This document shows positions 25,036 through 37,319 of a DNA stretch of 64,000 nt, piece by piece. A program made the position numbers and the translations under genes. The notes beneath the pieces were generated by a model. The model had not been told where the DNA came from and made no database searches. It saw nothing but the letters and a program-made list of their open reading frames with translations. The stretch comes from Isurus oxyrinchus (lineage: Eukaryota), in NCBI GenBank assembly GCA_026770705.1, contig JANJGN010000290.1:248001-312000 (forward strand). Direction: 5' to 3'. The first letter of the stretch is position 1, and every line of letters starts with the position of its first letter.

Positions 25036-27463
25036 GTACTGTTTTTCCTTTATCTTACGATCATTGCTTCCCGCTCAGCGCTGCACCTAGACCAACTGAA
25101 CATTTGTGTAGCATTTCTATCTTACTCCGCTATTTTTGTGATTCTCACAATTTGGAACGTTTCCGCCAATGAGCTTTCTTGCTTTAAAAGGGTTAACATC
25201 ACAATTTCCAACAACAAACATCATATGGAATTGTTTACCCATTCGCAAGATCCATCTCTGAGGGTTTTGATCTTCCCTCTCCAATTCCTACAATTCAACA
25301 CACCGCCGAAGTAAACACAATCAGCAAGGGTCAGTGCAAATAGTCGGAAACAACAATCCTCACCTCCCAAGCCACGGGTTAGGAGCAAACAGTTGGAGTA
25401 AATTAGGTGATTTGATAAACGAAGCCAAAGGGACGCTGCTGATCTGCCTATAAAGGAAATGTGCTGTCGAGGATGGATTAGCAAACAAGGGAATGAAAGC
25501 AAAAAGTGGTTGCAATGCCTCATGTCAGGTGGCGAAGGCAGCTATTGGAAGAATGATTATTCCAGCTGGATGTCTCAATCGGTAAAACTTAACATATGTA
25601 ATATGCGGGTCTACTGTTCGAGTCCAGGTTTGGACAGTACATTTTGACTCGAGGTGTTTTCCCCCCTGTAAAGCAACAGGAAACACAGGAGTCAGGGATG
25701 TTGAGTTCTTCAAGCGAGCAGAACAGACAGATATGTCTATTCGATTGGCAAAAACATAGTGTCTTCTAGAATTTATTGTAGATTCGATCAACTTTTAAAA
25801 ATTCTTTCTAAATTTCCAGCTGCCCTCATTGTGAAAAAAGCTTCCTGTTTTATTTATTTATTTATTTATTAATCTTTGTTGGCTTAGACCTCATCTCTCT
25901 GCATCAGTGTCAACAACATGACTTGAATCAGCCCCATTTTTTCCTCCAGGGAAAGCGATTTCTCCCTTTATAACCTAACACGTGGTTTAAATGGAATAGA
26001 AAATTCGATTAGATCACCCTTCATTTTATTTCTACAGAGACTAGAAACAGGGAAAAGACCTGAAAAGAAAAAAAATGCACGGGAGAAGGCGGGGGATTGA
26101 CAATGGTTGCATTTCTCCATAAGAGAAACAGAACAGACAGGACAGGACGAATGGTTTCATTTTGTGCTGTATCCATTATATGATTATACCTTTCTACGAT
26201 TATCAAAACTAAATTCGTAAAATAAACGATTGCAATCCGAAATCCCATTGGTGAATCAGCAGTTTTTTGCATTCTGGTGCCAATAGGGTGATTCCTTCGA
26301 GTGTTATCTACAAGAACACGAGAAAGAGAAATTTGTGCCTCATGAATTTAAAGGCTTCACGACCATTCCAGCTGAACCTTTTTTCCACAATTGCAACTTC
26401 GTGAAAATTCTCATTTCCCCCTGTCTTACATCACAATCACAGATAAAAAATTCCCAAAGTTTCAAGCCATAGAAGAGGTGAACAACTATGCACATTGCAA
26501 AATATTGGAAAACAATATGGAAAACAGCATGCTTTAAGCCTTTCCGCTAGTTGCATGGATCTGTTTTCTAATTTAAGCTACAAACTCAGGTCAGCTGTCT
26601 AAACATTGATTGTAAGGATTGTTAACTCGGATATGAAAATCTTGAAATGGAGATTAAAGATGGTGTTATTTGTGCATGCATACTAGCTGTTTGTGAGCCC
26701 TCGTCCTGGAGATCGAACCCAATTTGTTTTTCCACAGCCCCTTGTTTCTCACCACCTAGAAAATACACTCATTTCACAAATGGTACCTGAAATATATATT
26801 CCTTGTGTACACTCATATACTTACTGACTGGCTCTGCATTTACTGTCCAATGTCTTGCCATTCTGTCTCCTGTGTTCTGTGTACACACAAAGTCCAAGGG
26901 AGCAGTTCCTTTCGATCCATCCTATCGAATCCACAATCGCTATTCCTGGTAGTTCCTCAAAACTAAATTGCAGAAAGAACACGGAACATGATAGTAGAAT
27001 ATAATTAGATTATCTCTGTGTTTCTGTCAACAAAATATTCATTTGCTGTTGCACCTTTAAGGCAGCTATTGCGACACCTCCGAGTTGAGTTACAGCAGGT
27101 TCTGAATGTCCGAATATTTATCATTAACATTGTGATGTTTGAAATTGGTTGTTATGTTTATCGGTGTGCTCGTTCTGAATGAATGTGTGTATGTGACTGT
27201 TTTATCTCTCAAAGTATTTGTGAATATCTGCGTTGTGTGTAAATATATTTAGGAATCATTGGGAAAAGGAAAGAAACAGACAGAAAAAATATTTCTGCAT
27301 CAAACCAGGTTCAGAAGACAAATCGAAAATACAGCTCTGCAACTAGCAGAAGGATGACACGCATTTATTTTCAGCACAAGAAGTCAAAATCATACGAAAG
27401 AGAGACACTTAATGAGAATTGTTTTGGACGGTGATCAGTCTGGTTTATATACTGCTAAACTGC

Positions 27464-27541
27464 GCAGTTGTGGCCGAGTGCGGAAAGCAAATACACATGC
27501 ATTAGCGTGCCTTTGAGCAGATTCAAATCCTTGCGACTACG
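27464..27541 (+). pseudogene. tRNA-Ser pseudogene
   Basis: GCAGTTGTGGCCGAGTG...GCAGATTCAAATCCTTGCGACTACG vs vertebrate Ser GTAGTCGTGGCCGAGTGG...GCAGGTTCGAATCCTGCCGACTACG; anticodon arm destroyed. Confidence 0.75.
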
Positions 27542-27869
27542 CAAATTCTGTTCTTCGTTCAGTTTCAAAATTTGACCAATTTCCTTAGAGATGAGTTCTG
27601 CCTTATGCGGTATCATATCGCAAACTTTTCAACAACAGAAGTCGCTTTCCTCATTCTTATTCATCTCCGTGTGCTCACGAATTTTCTGTCATGAATACCA
27701 CAAATATCGGCTAAATTAATGCCACCCTTCTTTTTCTCCCTCTCTCACATTGTCGATGTCACTTTAAGCTTAATTAGATGTGCCCAACGGTATGTGCAGG
27801 CAAATTTTCCGTGCGCTTGTATTTGTGCATGTGTGCGTTGTTTTTGTTAATTGCTCCCGCGTTGTTCTT

Positions 27870-28690
27870 GTTTATTGTGGTTTTCTAAGATGCTCGTCTG
27901 CAAAGGCTTTTACAATTTCTATCTAAAATTATTCACGAAAATATCTTCTGACACCTATTTATGTCAAGCCTTCCAGATCCCACCAACTCCGAGTGGAAAT
28001 GTCTCGGCTCCCGTCATCTGCATAACTTTTGTCAACGAATTTGAATCCATGACCTTTAGTTATTGATGTACACACAGAGGGGATTTTTTCCTTGTTTACC
28101 CTCCCCAAATCTCGCATGATGTGGAAAACCACTATTTGGTGATTTTTCAAAATGTTTTGTCCAAAGTATAACAACCCGGGGTTGTCCAACAACACCTCAT
28201 AATATAACAATTTCATCCTTGAAAACGCCCCAGTGAACGTTCTCGAGCCCCTTTCTGATGCCTTGCTGAAGAGTGGTGAACAAAACTAACAAGATTGCTT
28301 ACGAATGTGTAAATGCAGGACTTCAAGTTCTAGCATGACCCCGGTGGCTTAACATGCTCTTTCTCCATTTAGAAACCAAAATATTCAATATGCTTATTGA
28401 GCTACATTATGAGCGTTGTGTATATGGAGGGAAATGTCTCACTGCCCATCCACACTTTACAAAAACCTCGCTTTTACAGTGTAGCGACTTTCCATATTGG
28501 TCCTCCAAAAGTTCGTAATAACATTGCTTACTTCCTCGTATTGAAATCTATCTCCACTTTAAACGTGTTTTATTATGTGTGCGTCTTACTTCCTGAACTA
28601 TTTTCTGAGCGTGTCATTGTTTCTCTGGAAGTCTTTCTCTTTGCCATGTCCAACTAATGAAGCAAAAATATTGCGACGCATGTCTCTGCC
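27870..28690 (-). mobile_element. Old CR1 3' fragment
   Basis: HIMRDLGRVNKEKIP...TKGHGFK (27959-28216). Confidence 0.7.
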
Positions 28691-29209
28691 CGTCATTCTC
28701 TACCTTTTGAATGTCTGTCTGTTTGTCTCTCTGTTTCCCTCTCTTTGATCTCTATGTGCAACATTTTCATTTTCCCATCAGACTGATGGATAGGCGCAGG
28801 GCTATTCTCATATCCTCTTATCCCCTCAGTATTCAATAATGTATTGATCTCAGGTTTAAATATTTTGAGCTCTCCCAATCCCCTGTGTTAGGGCACTTCA
28901 AAGATACATAAACATTTGTTGAATAGGTTTCTCCTCATCACTGATTACACTAAACTCCAGAGAGTTTCCAGTAATCTTGCTGAATCTCTGCTTTGAATAT
29001 TGGAATGAATCTAGGGACCAAGCTATAATTAAAACATAGGACTTTCAGCCTTTAGAAAATGCTGGCTTCACTCAGCAGCTCAGACAACACCTTTGGTTTA
29101 CAGAGCTGAAAGATTGAGATTTTCTCTCTCCCAGGAAGCAGTAGTGTCTGGGGAGCATAACAGGAATTTCTGTTGTTACTTCAGATTTCCAATATCTGCA
29201 TTTGCTACG

Positions 29210-30365
29210 AACATAGGAAATAGGAGCAGAAGTAAATCAAATGGATCTTCGAGGCTTTTCCTCCGTTCACCAAGATCGTGGATGATATGTTTGTATTTCG
29301 CATTCCACATTCCCATCTGCGCCGAGAGCCTTTGAATCTTTTGCCTTACAAGAATTTATTTACCTGTATTTTTTTAAATTTTAAATGACAGCACCTCCAT
29401 TGCTTTCTGAGGCCGAATGTTCTGAAGTCGCATATTCACCTGAGAGAAAAAAAAAAACATCTCATTTCCACTGTCCTACAAGGAACACACCCAGTCTGTC
29501 CGACCAATACTCATAAGGCACCCGCTCATTCCAGGTATCAACCCAGTAAACCCGCTCTGAACCGCCTCAAACTCACTTACATCCTTCCTAAAGTAAAGGG
29601 AAAAAAAGGTATACAGTACTCCAGATTTGTAGTCATGATTACCCTGTATTACTGAAGCTTAACAGCCTTTCTTTTGTCTCCAATTCCTCTAGAAATAAAG
29701 GATAGCATTGCATTCGACTTCTACATTACGTGCTGTACCTGTATAATAACTTTTTGTGACTCATGAAACAAGGCACCTAGATCCCCCTGCAGCTTGGAAC
29801 TCTGCAGTCGTTCTCTGTGTAATTAATAATTTGTTTCTTATTATTATTATTTTCCCTACCAAAGTGAACAACTTCATATGTTCCAACATTATTATCCATC
29901 TGTAGGTTTTTGCCCAAAAACTCAATCCATATATTTCTATTTACATGTTGCTTTTGCAATCTTCAGAACTTTCCCAACTTTATCTGTGCCAACTGAAAAT
30001 TTATCTATCATGACTTAAATCGCCTCATCTAAGCGATTGATATGAATTGTAAAAAATCATGATCCCAGCACCTATCCCTATCCAGTCGTATTTCCTGCCA
30101 ATCAGACAAAGACCCACATATGCATACTCTCTGTTTTCTGTCAGCCAGCCAGCCTTCTCTCCATGCTAATATCTTACCCACATACCATTAACATTTATTT
30201 TCTGCAATAACCTTCGATGTGGCAGCTTGTCTAAGGCCTTTTGAAAATCGAAGTATATTAAGCATACGTGCTCCTCTTCATCCATAACACATGCTTATCC
30301 TTCAAAAAACTCTAATAACTTTGTTAAACATGATTTCCCTTTCGAAAAACCATGCTGAGTCTTGC
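29210..30365 (-). mobile_element. CR1 RT plus 3' end
   Basis: CR1-type tail AACATAGGAAATAGGAGCAGAAGT at 29210; QMDNNVGTYEVVHFGREN; LDFQKA.DK.PH-like block at ~30215-30255. Confidence 0.85.
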
Positions 30366-31335
30366 TTTCGCATGAGGCTAGTGAACGCGTGTTATATCAT
30401 CTCTACCGGATGCGTTTCCTCTTTCAGATAGGGACTTCATACTGACAGTTATTCATTTTGTTCAGGTCCCTTACAACAAATGTTGTCCAGAAGAAAGAGA
30501 AAGATGCCGATGTGAACATCCTGCAACTCCATCACTCACTGCACTCTGAGTGCACCTACACCACATGGACTTTAGCAGTTCATTAAGGCAGCACATCACC
30601 AAGTTCTCGAGCGTAATTTAGGAGCAGCTGTAAATGCTGGCCTAGCCAGCGACGCTCACATCCCATAAATGAAAAATAAATCATACCGACCTGGGGTGCA
30701 AAATGAGCAATATGATTGTGGTGATTATTTTTTTAAGACTGGCAGTGCTGGATGCATGTAATAGAGCACCCAGCAGAGTCATGAAATACATCAAACAAAG
30801 CGAAAAGGACATCAACATGTGAACTGGTCGGTTAAATTGTATTTGCAATGTTCGCTGAAGTTAAAAAAGTGCATTTTACAAAAAAAAAACATAAACTGTT
30901 TGATCATATTTACCAGTGAATTTCAATTCCCATCACAGCAGGTGGAAGAAAATGTTTGTCAAGTGAGAAAGAGCCTTTTGCGTGTCATGAACATTCAGAA
31001 CATCCACGCGATGCAAACGCCTAATTTCCGGGCATTGGGTGAAAGAAATTGTTCATGGACACAACAACAAGTAAAATTACACAGAACGTCGCTCTACGAG
31101 GAGTAAAAAAGCCTCGTATTTCCTCTTAAAATGGAGACCTCTCCTTTTTCTACACTGTCCCCTACTTCTCGACTCCATCCGATCATGTCCCTTCGGGACC
31201 GGATATGATTCAGTAAGGTCTCCTCGCTTTCTTCTCAACTCCAATGGAAACAGGACCAAACTGCCTTGATAAGTTAAACCCATCATCCTCGCAAAGAATT
31301 GACTGACCTTTCTCTGCAATGCTTCTTATGCATTT

Positions 31336-32260
31336 GGTATGACAGGTGATGTATGCCAGGTGGACCAAATGCAGAAGGGAAACTTGGCCATTTATCACAA
31401 AAGTTCAGGCAATTTGTATTTATTCTGAGAAGGCTTTTGCACTGAACTCCGAGGCATTGAATCCAATAACACCTTAAGGGATTTTTAATTATCGTAAAAC
31501 ATTTATTAACAGAAGGAAAAAAAACGATAAATACACACAATATTAGAGTTACACGGTTATTTAGGCATAGCATTTCCCAAAATTCTTAGTTAAACAGGTT
31601 GCCAACTCCACTCCCCCTATAAGGCAGCAGCCTAAAATAGATTTGAAACTACAAAATCAATGATGCAAAGATACCACACGAAGTACTCGGCATTGGATTA
31701 CCAAAGCCTTGCAACGCAACTCTTTATATTTGTATAAGTAGCAAACGTCTGCTAAAGTGGCTGTTTCCCAAGGACTGCTTCACATAGTGTACCTTTCAAT
31801 CTGACATGGCAACGCTCTCTATACAGTCTTTCATCCGTTTTTTATACGTTTCTCTCATTCTAATCTCTAAATTCCATTGTTCTACAGGACTTTGAAAGTT
31901 TAATTTTCTCGTTTTGTAAAAATCATTCAGAAAGTCAATAAAGTCCGTTTCCTTTTCGGAAAAATAAACATAATAACCTTGCCCTCTTTATCTTGTTAGT
32001 TGCAAAAATGCTTCTATCCATTTGATACCCAAGCACCTTCCAGTTATCTGAAAATGCAAATTTCCTTCACACCCTGCTCCTCATCCATATTTACTTATTA
32101 GCATTTCAGATGTCTTCCTGCACTTATTTTATTTCGACAATTTCAAACCTGCAGTCTATCTGACTCTAATTCAATTACTTCATTCACTTAGGCAGGAACA
32201 TCCACATTCACACATATAAGCCAACAATAATATTACGAAAAATATTATCGTTTCATGACG
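31336..32260 (-). mobile_element. Solo LTR (Gmr1-associated family) inserted into a CR1 fragment
   Basis: Similar to 15283-16198 and 9396-9750; termini GGTATGAC.../...TTCATGACG resemble TGTCATGA/TCATGACA. Minus-strand CR1 sequence stops at ~31335 and resumes at ~32262. Confidence 0.6.
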
Positions 32261-33601
32261 ATATTTTAAAAATATGGTGGCCAACACTGTACACAGTTTT
32301 CCAGATGTTTGCTCACTAATCTTCTGTACAGCTGCACTAAAACTTCAATTCTCCCTCAATAAAAGCCACCATTTAATTTGCTTTCCTAATCACTTGCTGG
32401 ACCTTGTATGCAAGCTACTTTAATGATTTATGTACTAGGACCTCTGGTGCGGCTATGGTCAGTTGAGGAAACTATTTCCGCTTGCTTGGAATTTGGGAAT
32501 AAGGAACACAGGGACAACAAATAGACAGATTTCAACATTTAATTTAGGAAACAATAGAAATAATAGAACAGAACCTGGGGAATAAATGGCCTCACCAAAA
32601 TAAAAGCTTATGGAAAAGTGGATCATCTTCTGACTCAGGACGCTTCAGCCACTGAACTCAAAAATGAGTTCATCAATTTTAGTTCTTAATATCCTTCTTT
32701 ATCTTCTTTCTTGTTTATTTACTTTGCGGGCTGTGTTCGGTCTCCTTTACTTAATTGTTCCTTCATGTTGCCTTTGGACGACATCTATGCCGCTTTTCAT
32801 AACCTCACTTAGACACACATTTTGTTTATTTGAAGACAGTACATTTTAGATTGTATTGTAAGGGGATCTGAGTTCAAGAATTAATAAGTCTTGCTAAAAA
32901 ACAAAGGGCTTTGGTGACATCATACCTTTTATATTATTTGCAGTTTTGATCTTCATCTTTAAGGAAGGATACTAGTGATTTGGAGGCGGCACAGCGAATC
33001 TTCACTGCTTGGTCATTCAGGATGAGGGGACAGTCCTATGATGAGACACTGAGTACAATGGAGTAGCATTCTGGCTCTGCCACGTGGTTGTCACATATGT
33101 TACTTTCCGGAACCACCAAAACAGCCACCCATCATGCTCCCGGCTTAATTTCCATGGCTATTGATCCTGGCATGAGGCTCAACATTTATTTGCACTATCA
33201 CTGTGCAGATTAAGCCATTCCCATTTAGCTCGCAGGGACATGGTAATTTTATCTATAAAAGTCCACTTAAGGGAAAACCTGGATTGTTCTATAAATTGAA
33301 CATTCTCAGAAGTCAATCAGAAATGGACTGATAAATGTTTCATCACAGTATTCAGCGCTAAAACCGTCCCACAACTGGGCTGCTGCTATGAGATGTCATT
33401 TTAATAAATTACACCCGCAGCCACATGGAACAAATGATGGATGCTGTCATTTAGTTCCCTGGTTTTATGTGGCGGGAGAGGAGAGGGGTCGCGGGAGCAG
33501 CATCAGAGGTTAGCAGTATTGTATATAAATTCCAAATCTTTACTGGAAAGATAGGAATTTTTATAAAAGGGCTTGCACAGGAAAAAAGTACTCCTGTGTA
33601 A

Positions 33602-33688
33602 AACCTGTGCTCCATCCGCTTAAAGCGGGTCACCATCTTGCTGAAAGATATCCAGCTGTCCCGCCGCATCCGTGGGGAGCGACCCTAA
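33602..33688 (+). pseudogene. H3: 3' remnant of a replication-dependent histone H3 gene
   Basis: Translates NLCSIRLKRVTILLKDIQLSRRIRGERP* vs H3 C-terminus [28 protein letters not shown]. No upstream H3 coding sequence is recognisable. Confidence 0.92.
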
Positions 33689-33716
33689 AACTGGTTTCAG
33701 CACTATATCTAACAAT

Positions 33717-33760
33717 GGCTCTTTTCAGAGCCACAAAATGAACAAAAGGGAAGGGCTGTG
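33717..33760 (+). promoter_or_regulatory. Histone 3' stem-loop and purine-rich downstream element
   Basis: GGCTCTTTTCAGAGCC at 33717-33732 is the canonical SLBP hairpin, followed by AAAAGGGAAGGGCTGTG, which resembles the U7-binding histone downstream element. Confidence 0.92.
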
Positions 33761-34300
33761 ATCTGTGACTGCTGAGACCAGCATTTCCCCAGCCCCTAAT
33801 TGCTCTTTGCAACTGCGATTTTAATAAGACCCAGTGCTTTGCTAGACCAATTCAGGGGGACAGTTTAGAGCTCTGTGCCTGGAGTCACATGTTGACCAAT
33901 CCATGGTCGGAAGGAAAGACCTAGAACCAGTGATCTGTGTTTGAGTCCAGAAATGAGGTTGATCTTCAATTAACGGAGGGTGAGTCTGCTGTCTGACCTA
34001 CAATACAGCAACAGCATCTCCGGGACCTGCCAGGACTTCACTTTCCCACAACAGGCACTATGTGAAGCAGTTTCCCAATTCGCAAAATCAATCCCTCTCC
34101 CTTTGTACCTCTCACTGGAATTTATGTGACTTAATATCTCACCGAAAGAAATCGAATCCTCAAAGCTTTGAAAGCCCTGTGCGGATGAACGTTCTCAATT
34201 CGCACTTTCATACAGCCCAATAAGAGATGAACAATAATGTTTGCAGCAAAGTAGTGGGATACAATTTGGAAGTTTACATTGCAAAGCTCTAGTCAGTGTT

Positions 34301-34374
34301 GGCGTTGTGACTTAGTTGGTTAAAGCGCTTGTTTAATGTAAAAGCGATTCTGCTTTTAATTGTCAGATGTGTCT
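34301..34374 (+). pseudogene. tRNA-Thr(AGT)-like pseudogene (paralogue at ~37470-37543)
   Basis: GGCGTTGTGACTTAGTTGGTTAAAGCGCTTGTTTAA vs Thr GGCGCCGTGGCTTAGTTGGTTAAAGCGCCTGTCTAG; B-box eroded. Confidence 0.75.
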
Positions 34375-35021
34375 TCATCGATTAAGTCGATGCATTGCTT
34401 TAAATAAAGCCATTGACGTCCAGAGGCAGTATTGATAATTAGGCGACTATATAATGAAGCCGGATAGGATCATTCTTTCCTTGGGAAGTCATGCGGGAAG
34501 AACATTTTAAAATATTGCCGGTGATAACTGTGGGCAAAGTTTGAATGATTTATGTTACTGCGCTTTAGGAAGGAACAAACGGGGAGAGATAAATGTTGGT
34601 ATTTTTTTGATGAAGTCCTTGGGCTGGCAGATCTATTTCCAAACCTACAATTTGTGATTTGGACTATTTAGTAGCTTTGTTGATTTCAATGTGATGTCAT
34701 CACACGTTCCCCCTACAAACACCGTTAGAAATTGTTTATTCATTTTTTAGCTTCCGACTCCAATTATATCTTCCCGAAACCAATGCAATCTTCAAAGCTT
34801 TAAATGCCCAGTGCAGATAACTGGCTAACAACAGTTGTGAGGTCACACGCCATGTGTCAGGAGTGAGTAGTAGGTGCAAATTAGAATGATTGTAAAATGA
34901 AGCCAAAGGGAGGCTGCTGGTCTGCTTGTGAGGAAAAAGGAGCTGCAGAAGATGAGTCACCTCACAAGGGAATGCATAAAAAGCTTGTGACGCCTCTTTT
35001 TCTAGTAGTGATGGCTGCTCT

Positions 35022-35094
35022 CACTGGGCAGCTCTTTCGTTAGGGCACCAGACTTTTAATCTGAGCGTTCAGGTGATAAGTCCATGTCTGGCTG
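35022..35094 (+). pseudogene. tRNA-Lys(TTT) pseudogene (paralogues ~38228-38308 on +, ~42640-42686 on -)
   Basis: GCACCAGACTTTTAATCTGAGCGTTCAGG..AAGTCCATGT vs Lys GCATCAGACTTTTAATCTGAGGGTCCAGGGTTCAAGTCCCTGT. Confidence 0.8.
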
Positions 35095-35966
35095 TTCACT
35101 TTCGGCTTAAGATGTTCACGCCCGGTGAAACGACCAAATGAAACAGCCTTGGACGCTGAATTCTTCACGGGGAGCTGAGGAACTGGCGGTGTTACTTTGA
35201 TTTCCAACAAAGTATCCACTCTCTTGCAATTGTGGTAGCCTCGATCGATTTAAATTTCTTACTGGGTTTCCAGGTACTCCTTGTGTGAAGAGTGTTTCCT
35301 GACATTCCTCTTGCTTGGCTGGCACCTGCGCTGTGGAACTGTGACCAAAACAAAAGTCAACATTCAACCCCATTCTTCCTGCCGGGTGAAATGGCGTCTC
35401 TGTGTTTAAACTAACAATTCACTTTAACAGGTTAGAAGCCTCGATCAGATCATTCTTCAATAATGAAGAGAAGAGAAAAAACAGTTAATCCCTAAAAATA
35501 AAACTGAAGATTTTGTAAGGATTGGGGAGATGGCTGGTGGATTGATTGAGGCGAAATTCTCCTTCAACGAGCCAGCACAGACAGGATGGGCCAAATGGCC
35601 TATTTATCGGCTGACCCCGTTGAATGCTAATACGAATCGTGGATGATGAAATTTAACTCCAGATGTAACCGGCTGAACTCCAGAGCCCACTGGTCAAACA
35701 GTGCTGCTTCCTTTCCTAGCTTAGCATAATCCTGATGTATCTTCTGAGCAGTGTCTGCAACAACATGAGAAATAGGGACAGGTGTGTCATGTGTCTCACG
35801 GCTTCACAAACCGTCCAGAACTTCTTGGTTGAATGTCCACCTCAATTGCTCCTTCCTCAAAATTCTTATTTCGTGCTGCCATACAGCCCCGTAACAGATG
35901 AAGAATTCTCAATGAACTTACAGCAAAATAGTGAAATACGGTTCAAAACATAACTGTTTGCGACTT

Positions 35967-36040
35967 AGCAGTGTGGTAGAGTGGGTCATGTCTTACATAT
36001 TGTCTTGCAGACGATCCTGAGTTCAGATTTGAATGGTGCT
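35967..36040 (+). pseudogene. Highly decayed tRNA pseudogene, probably Thr-like (paralogues ~39186-39255, ~61525-61598)
   Basis: GATCCTGAGTTC...GGTGC 3' half; the 61525 copy GCGCTGTGGTTTGG...CAGTAATGCAGGTGATCCTGAGTTC aligns with Thr(AGT). Confidence 0.5.
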
Positions 36041-37319
36041 GTTATTTATTTAAAATTAATCAGGCAAAGAGCTGAACATTTTCATGTCGTGAGGAAGCAT
36101 ATAGAATGATTGTGAACATAAAGAACCACAATAGGATCGAAATTCCCTTTGAAAAGAACGTGCACCAGTATGCTTATGTATCGCTCCCTTTTCAGTTCAT
36201 CCCAATGTACCAGTGGGTTTGCCATATTACGTGAATGATAACTGCTTTGGGGTCAGTGCAGAAGTCGTACAGGATATAACATTTTCTTTTCCTCTCTGTC
36301 TTTATCCACTGCATGCACTTACACAATGAGGGGCACCATGGATCAATCTACAAACGTCTCAAGGGATTTGAGACGTTTTTCCAGCAAAAAAGAACAAGAT
36401 TTTAAAGACATTTCAATCAACCACTAATTTTGTAAGAACAAATGTTTTTCTCCGCTTTCATTCCACCTGGAAACTGTTATTGGGATGAACCTCACTGAAT
36501 AGACGGTGACCGATAAGGTTTGGTCCACTATGGGAAGCTTTGAACTGAGGATGGCACAGGACACCAGGGTAGGACTGCAGCGATCCTCGGAACACATTGA
36601 CAGCCTTTTATTTTATTGCTAACTGAATTTAAGATTCGCTGCTGAGGTCATCATTTATATTCGGGGCCTCGTTCCCAATCAGTGTTTAATTATCCACCGC
36701 CTTTCACGAATGGAAGTGACAGAACTGCACAGCTTAGATCCGATGTGTTGGTTATGGAAACACATCAAAAGCGATTGTCTATGAGGACAACAGACATGGC
36801 ACAAAAAAACGAAGAATGGTGTAATTGGAATAACATAAGTAGGATTTCTAAGTGTCCCTAAGAGTTCAGCCTCAGCTGGTGCATCCCGTCTGGTTCTGGG
36901 CGCTACAATTTAGGAAGGATATTAAGGATGCTGGAAGGAGTGCAGAACAAATTCACGAGATGGCTGCTGAGATGAGGAACTTCAGTTAGGAAGATAGATT
37001 GTAGAGGTGAGGACTGTTGTTCTGGGAGAAAAGAAGTCTGAATGGAGATTTGATAGAAGGATAGAAAATCACGAGCGGCCTGAGCAGATTTGATGGGAGG
37101 AAAGTGTTCCCGTTCGTGAAAGGATCAAGTTCGAGCTGTTGCAGATTTAAAGTAGTTGCTAAAAAAATACTGAGACGAAGAAAAATAAAACTTTATTTTT
37201 TCTCGCAGGAAGAGGTTAAGGTCTGGAATGCAGCGCCTGTGATTGAGGTGAAATGAACTGCGAGGGAAGAATTAAGAAGGGACTGTAATCTGGAAAGGAA
37301 GAACGTTCATGCTTGCAAC

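Larger units (their letters stand above)
34131..37319 (+). repeat. Segmental duplication unit, copy A (~3.2 kb, carries Thr/Lys/Thr-like tRNA pseudogenes)
   Basis: Starts TTAATATCTCACC..AAA.AAAT.GAATC.TCAAAG.TTTGAAAGCCC, repeated at 37320. Shared anchors such as AAATGAAGCCAAAGGGAGGCTGC.GGTCTG (34895/38100) and CAACATGAGAAATAGG (35761, cf. 61310). Confidence 0.9.

Noticed and set aside
26696-26721. GGGTTCGATCTCCAGGACGAGG on the minus strand, tRNA 3' arm-like
   Set aside because: Too short, with no 5' half.
35735-35953. Recurrent peptide NNMRNR.RC.MCLTASQ in several ORFs as a gene family
   Set aside because: Explained by the DNA duplicon; frames, strands and stops differ between copies.
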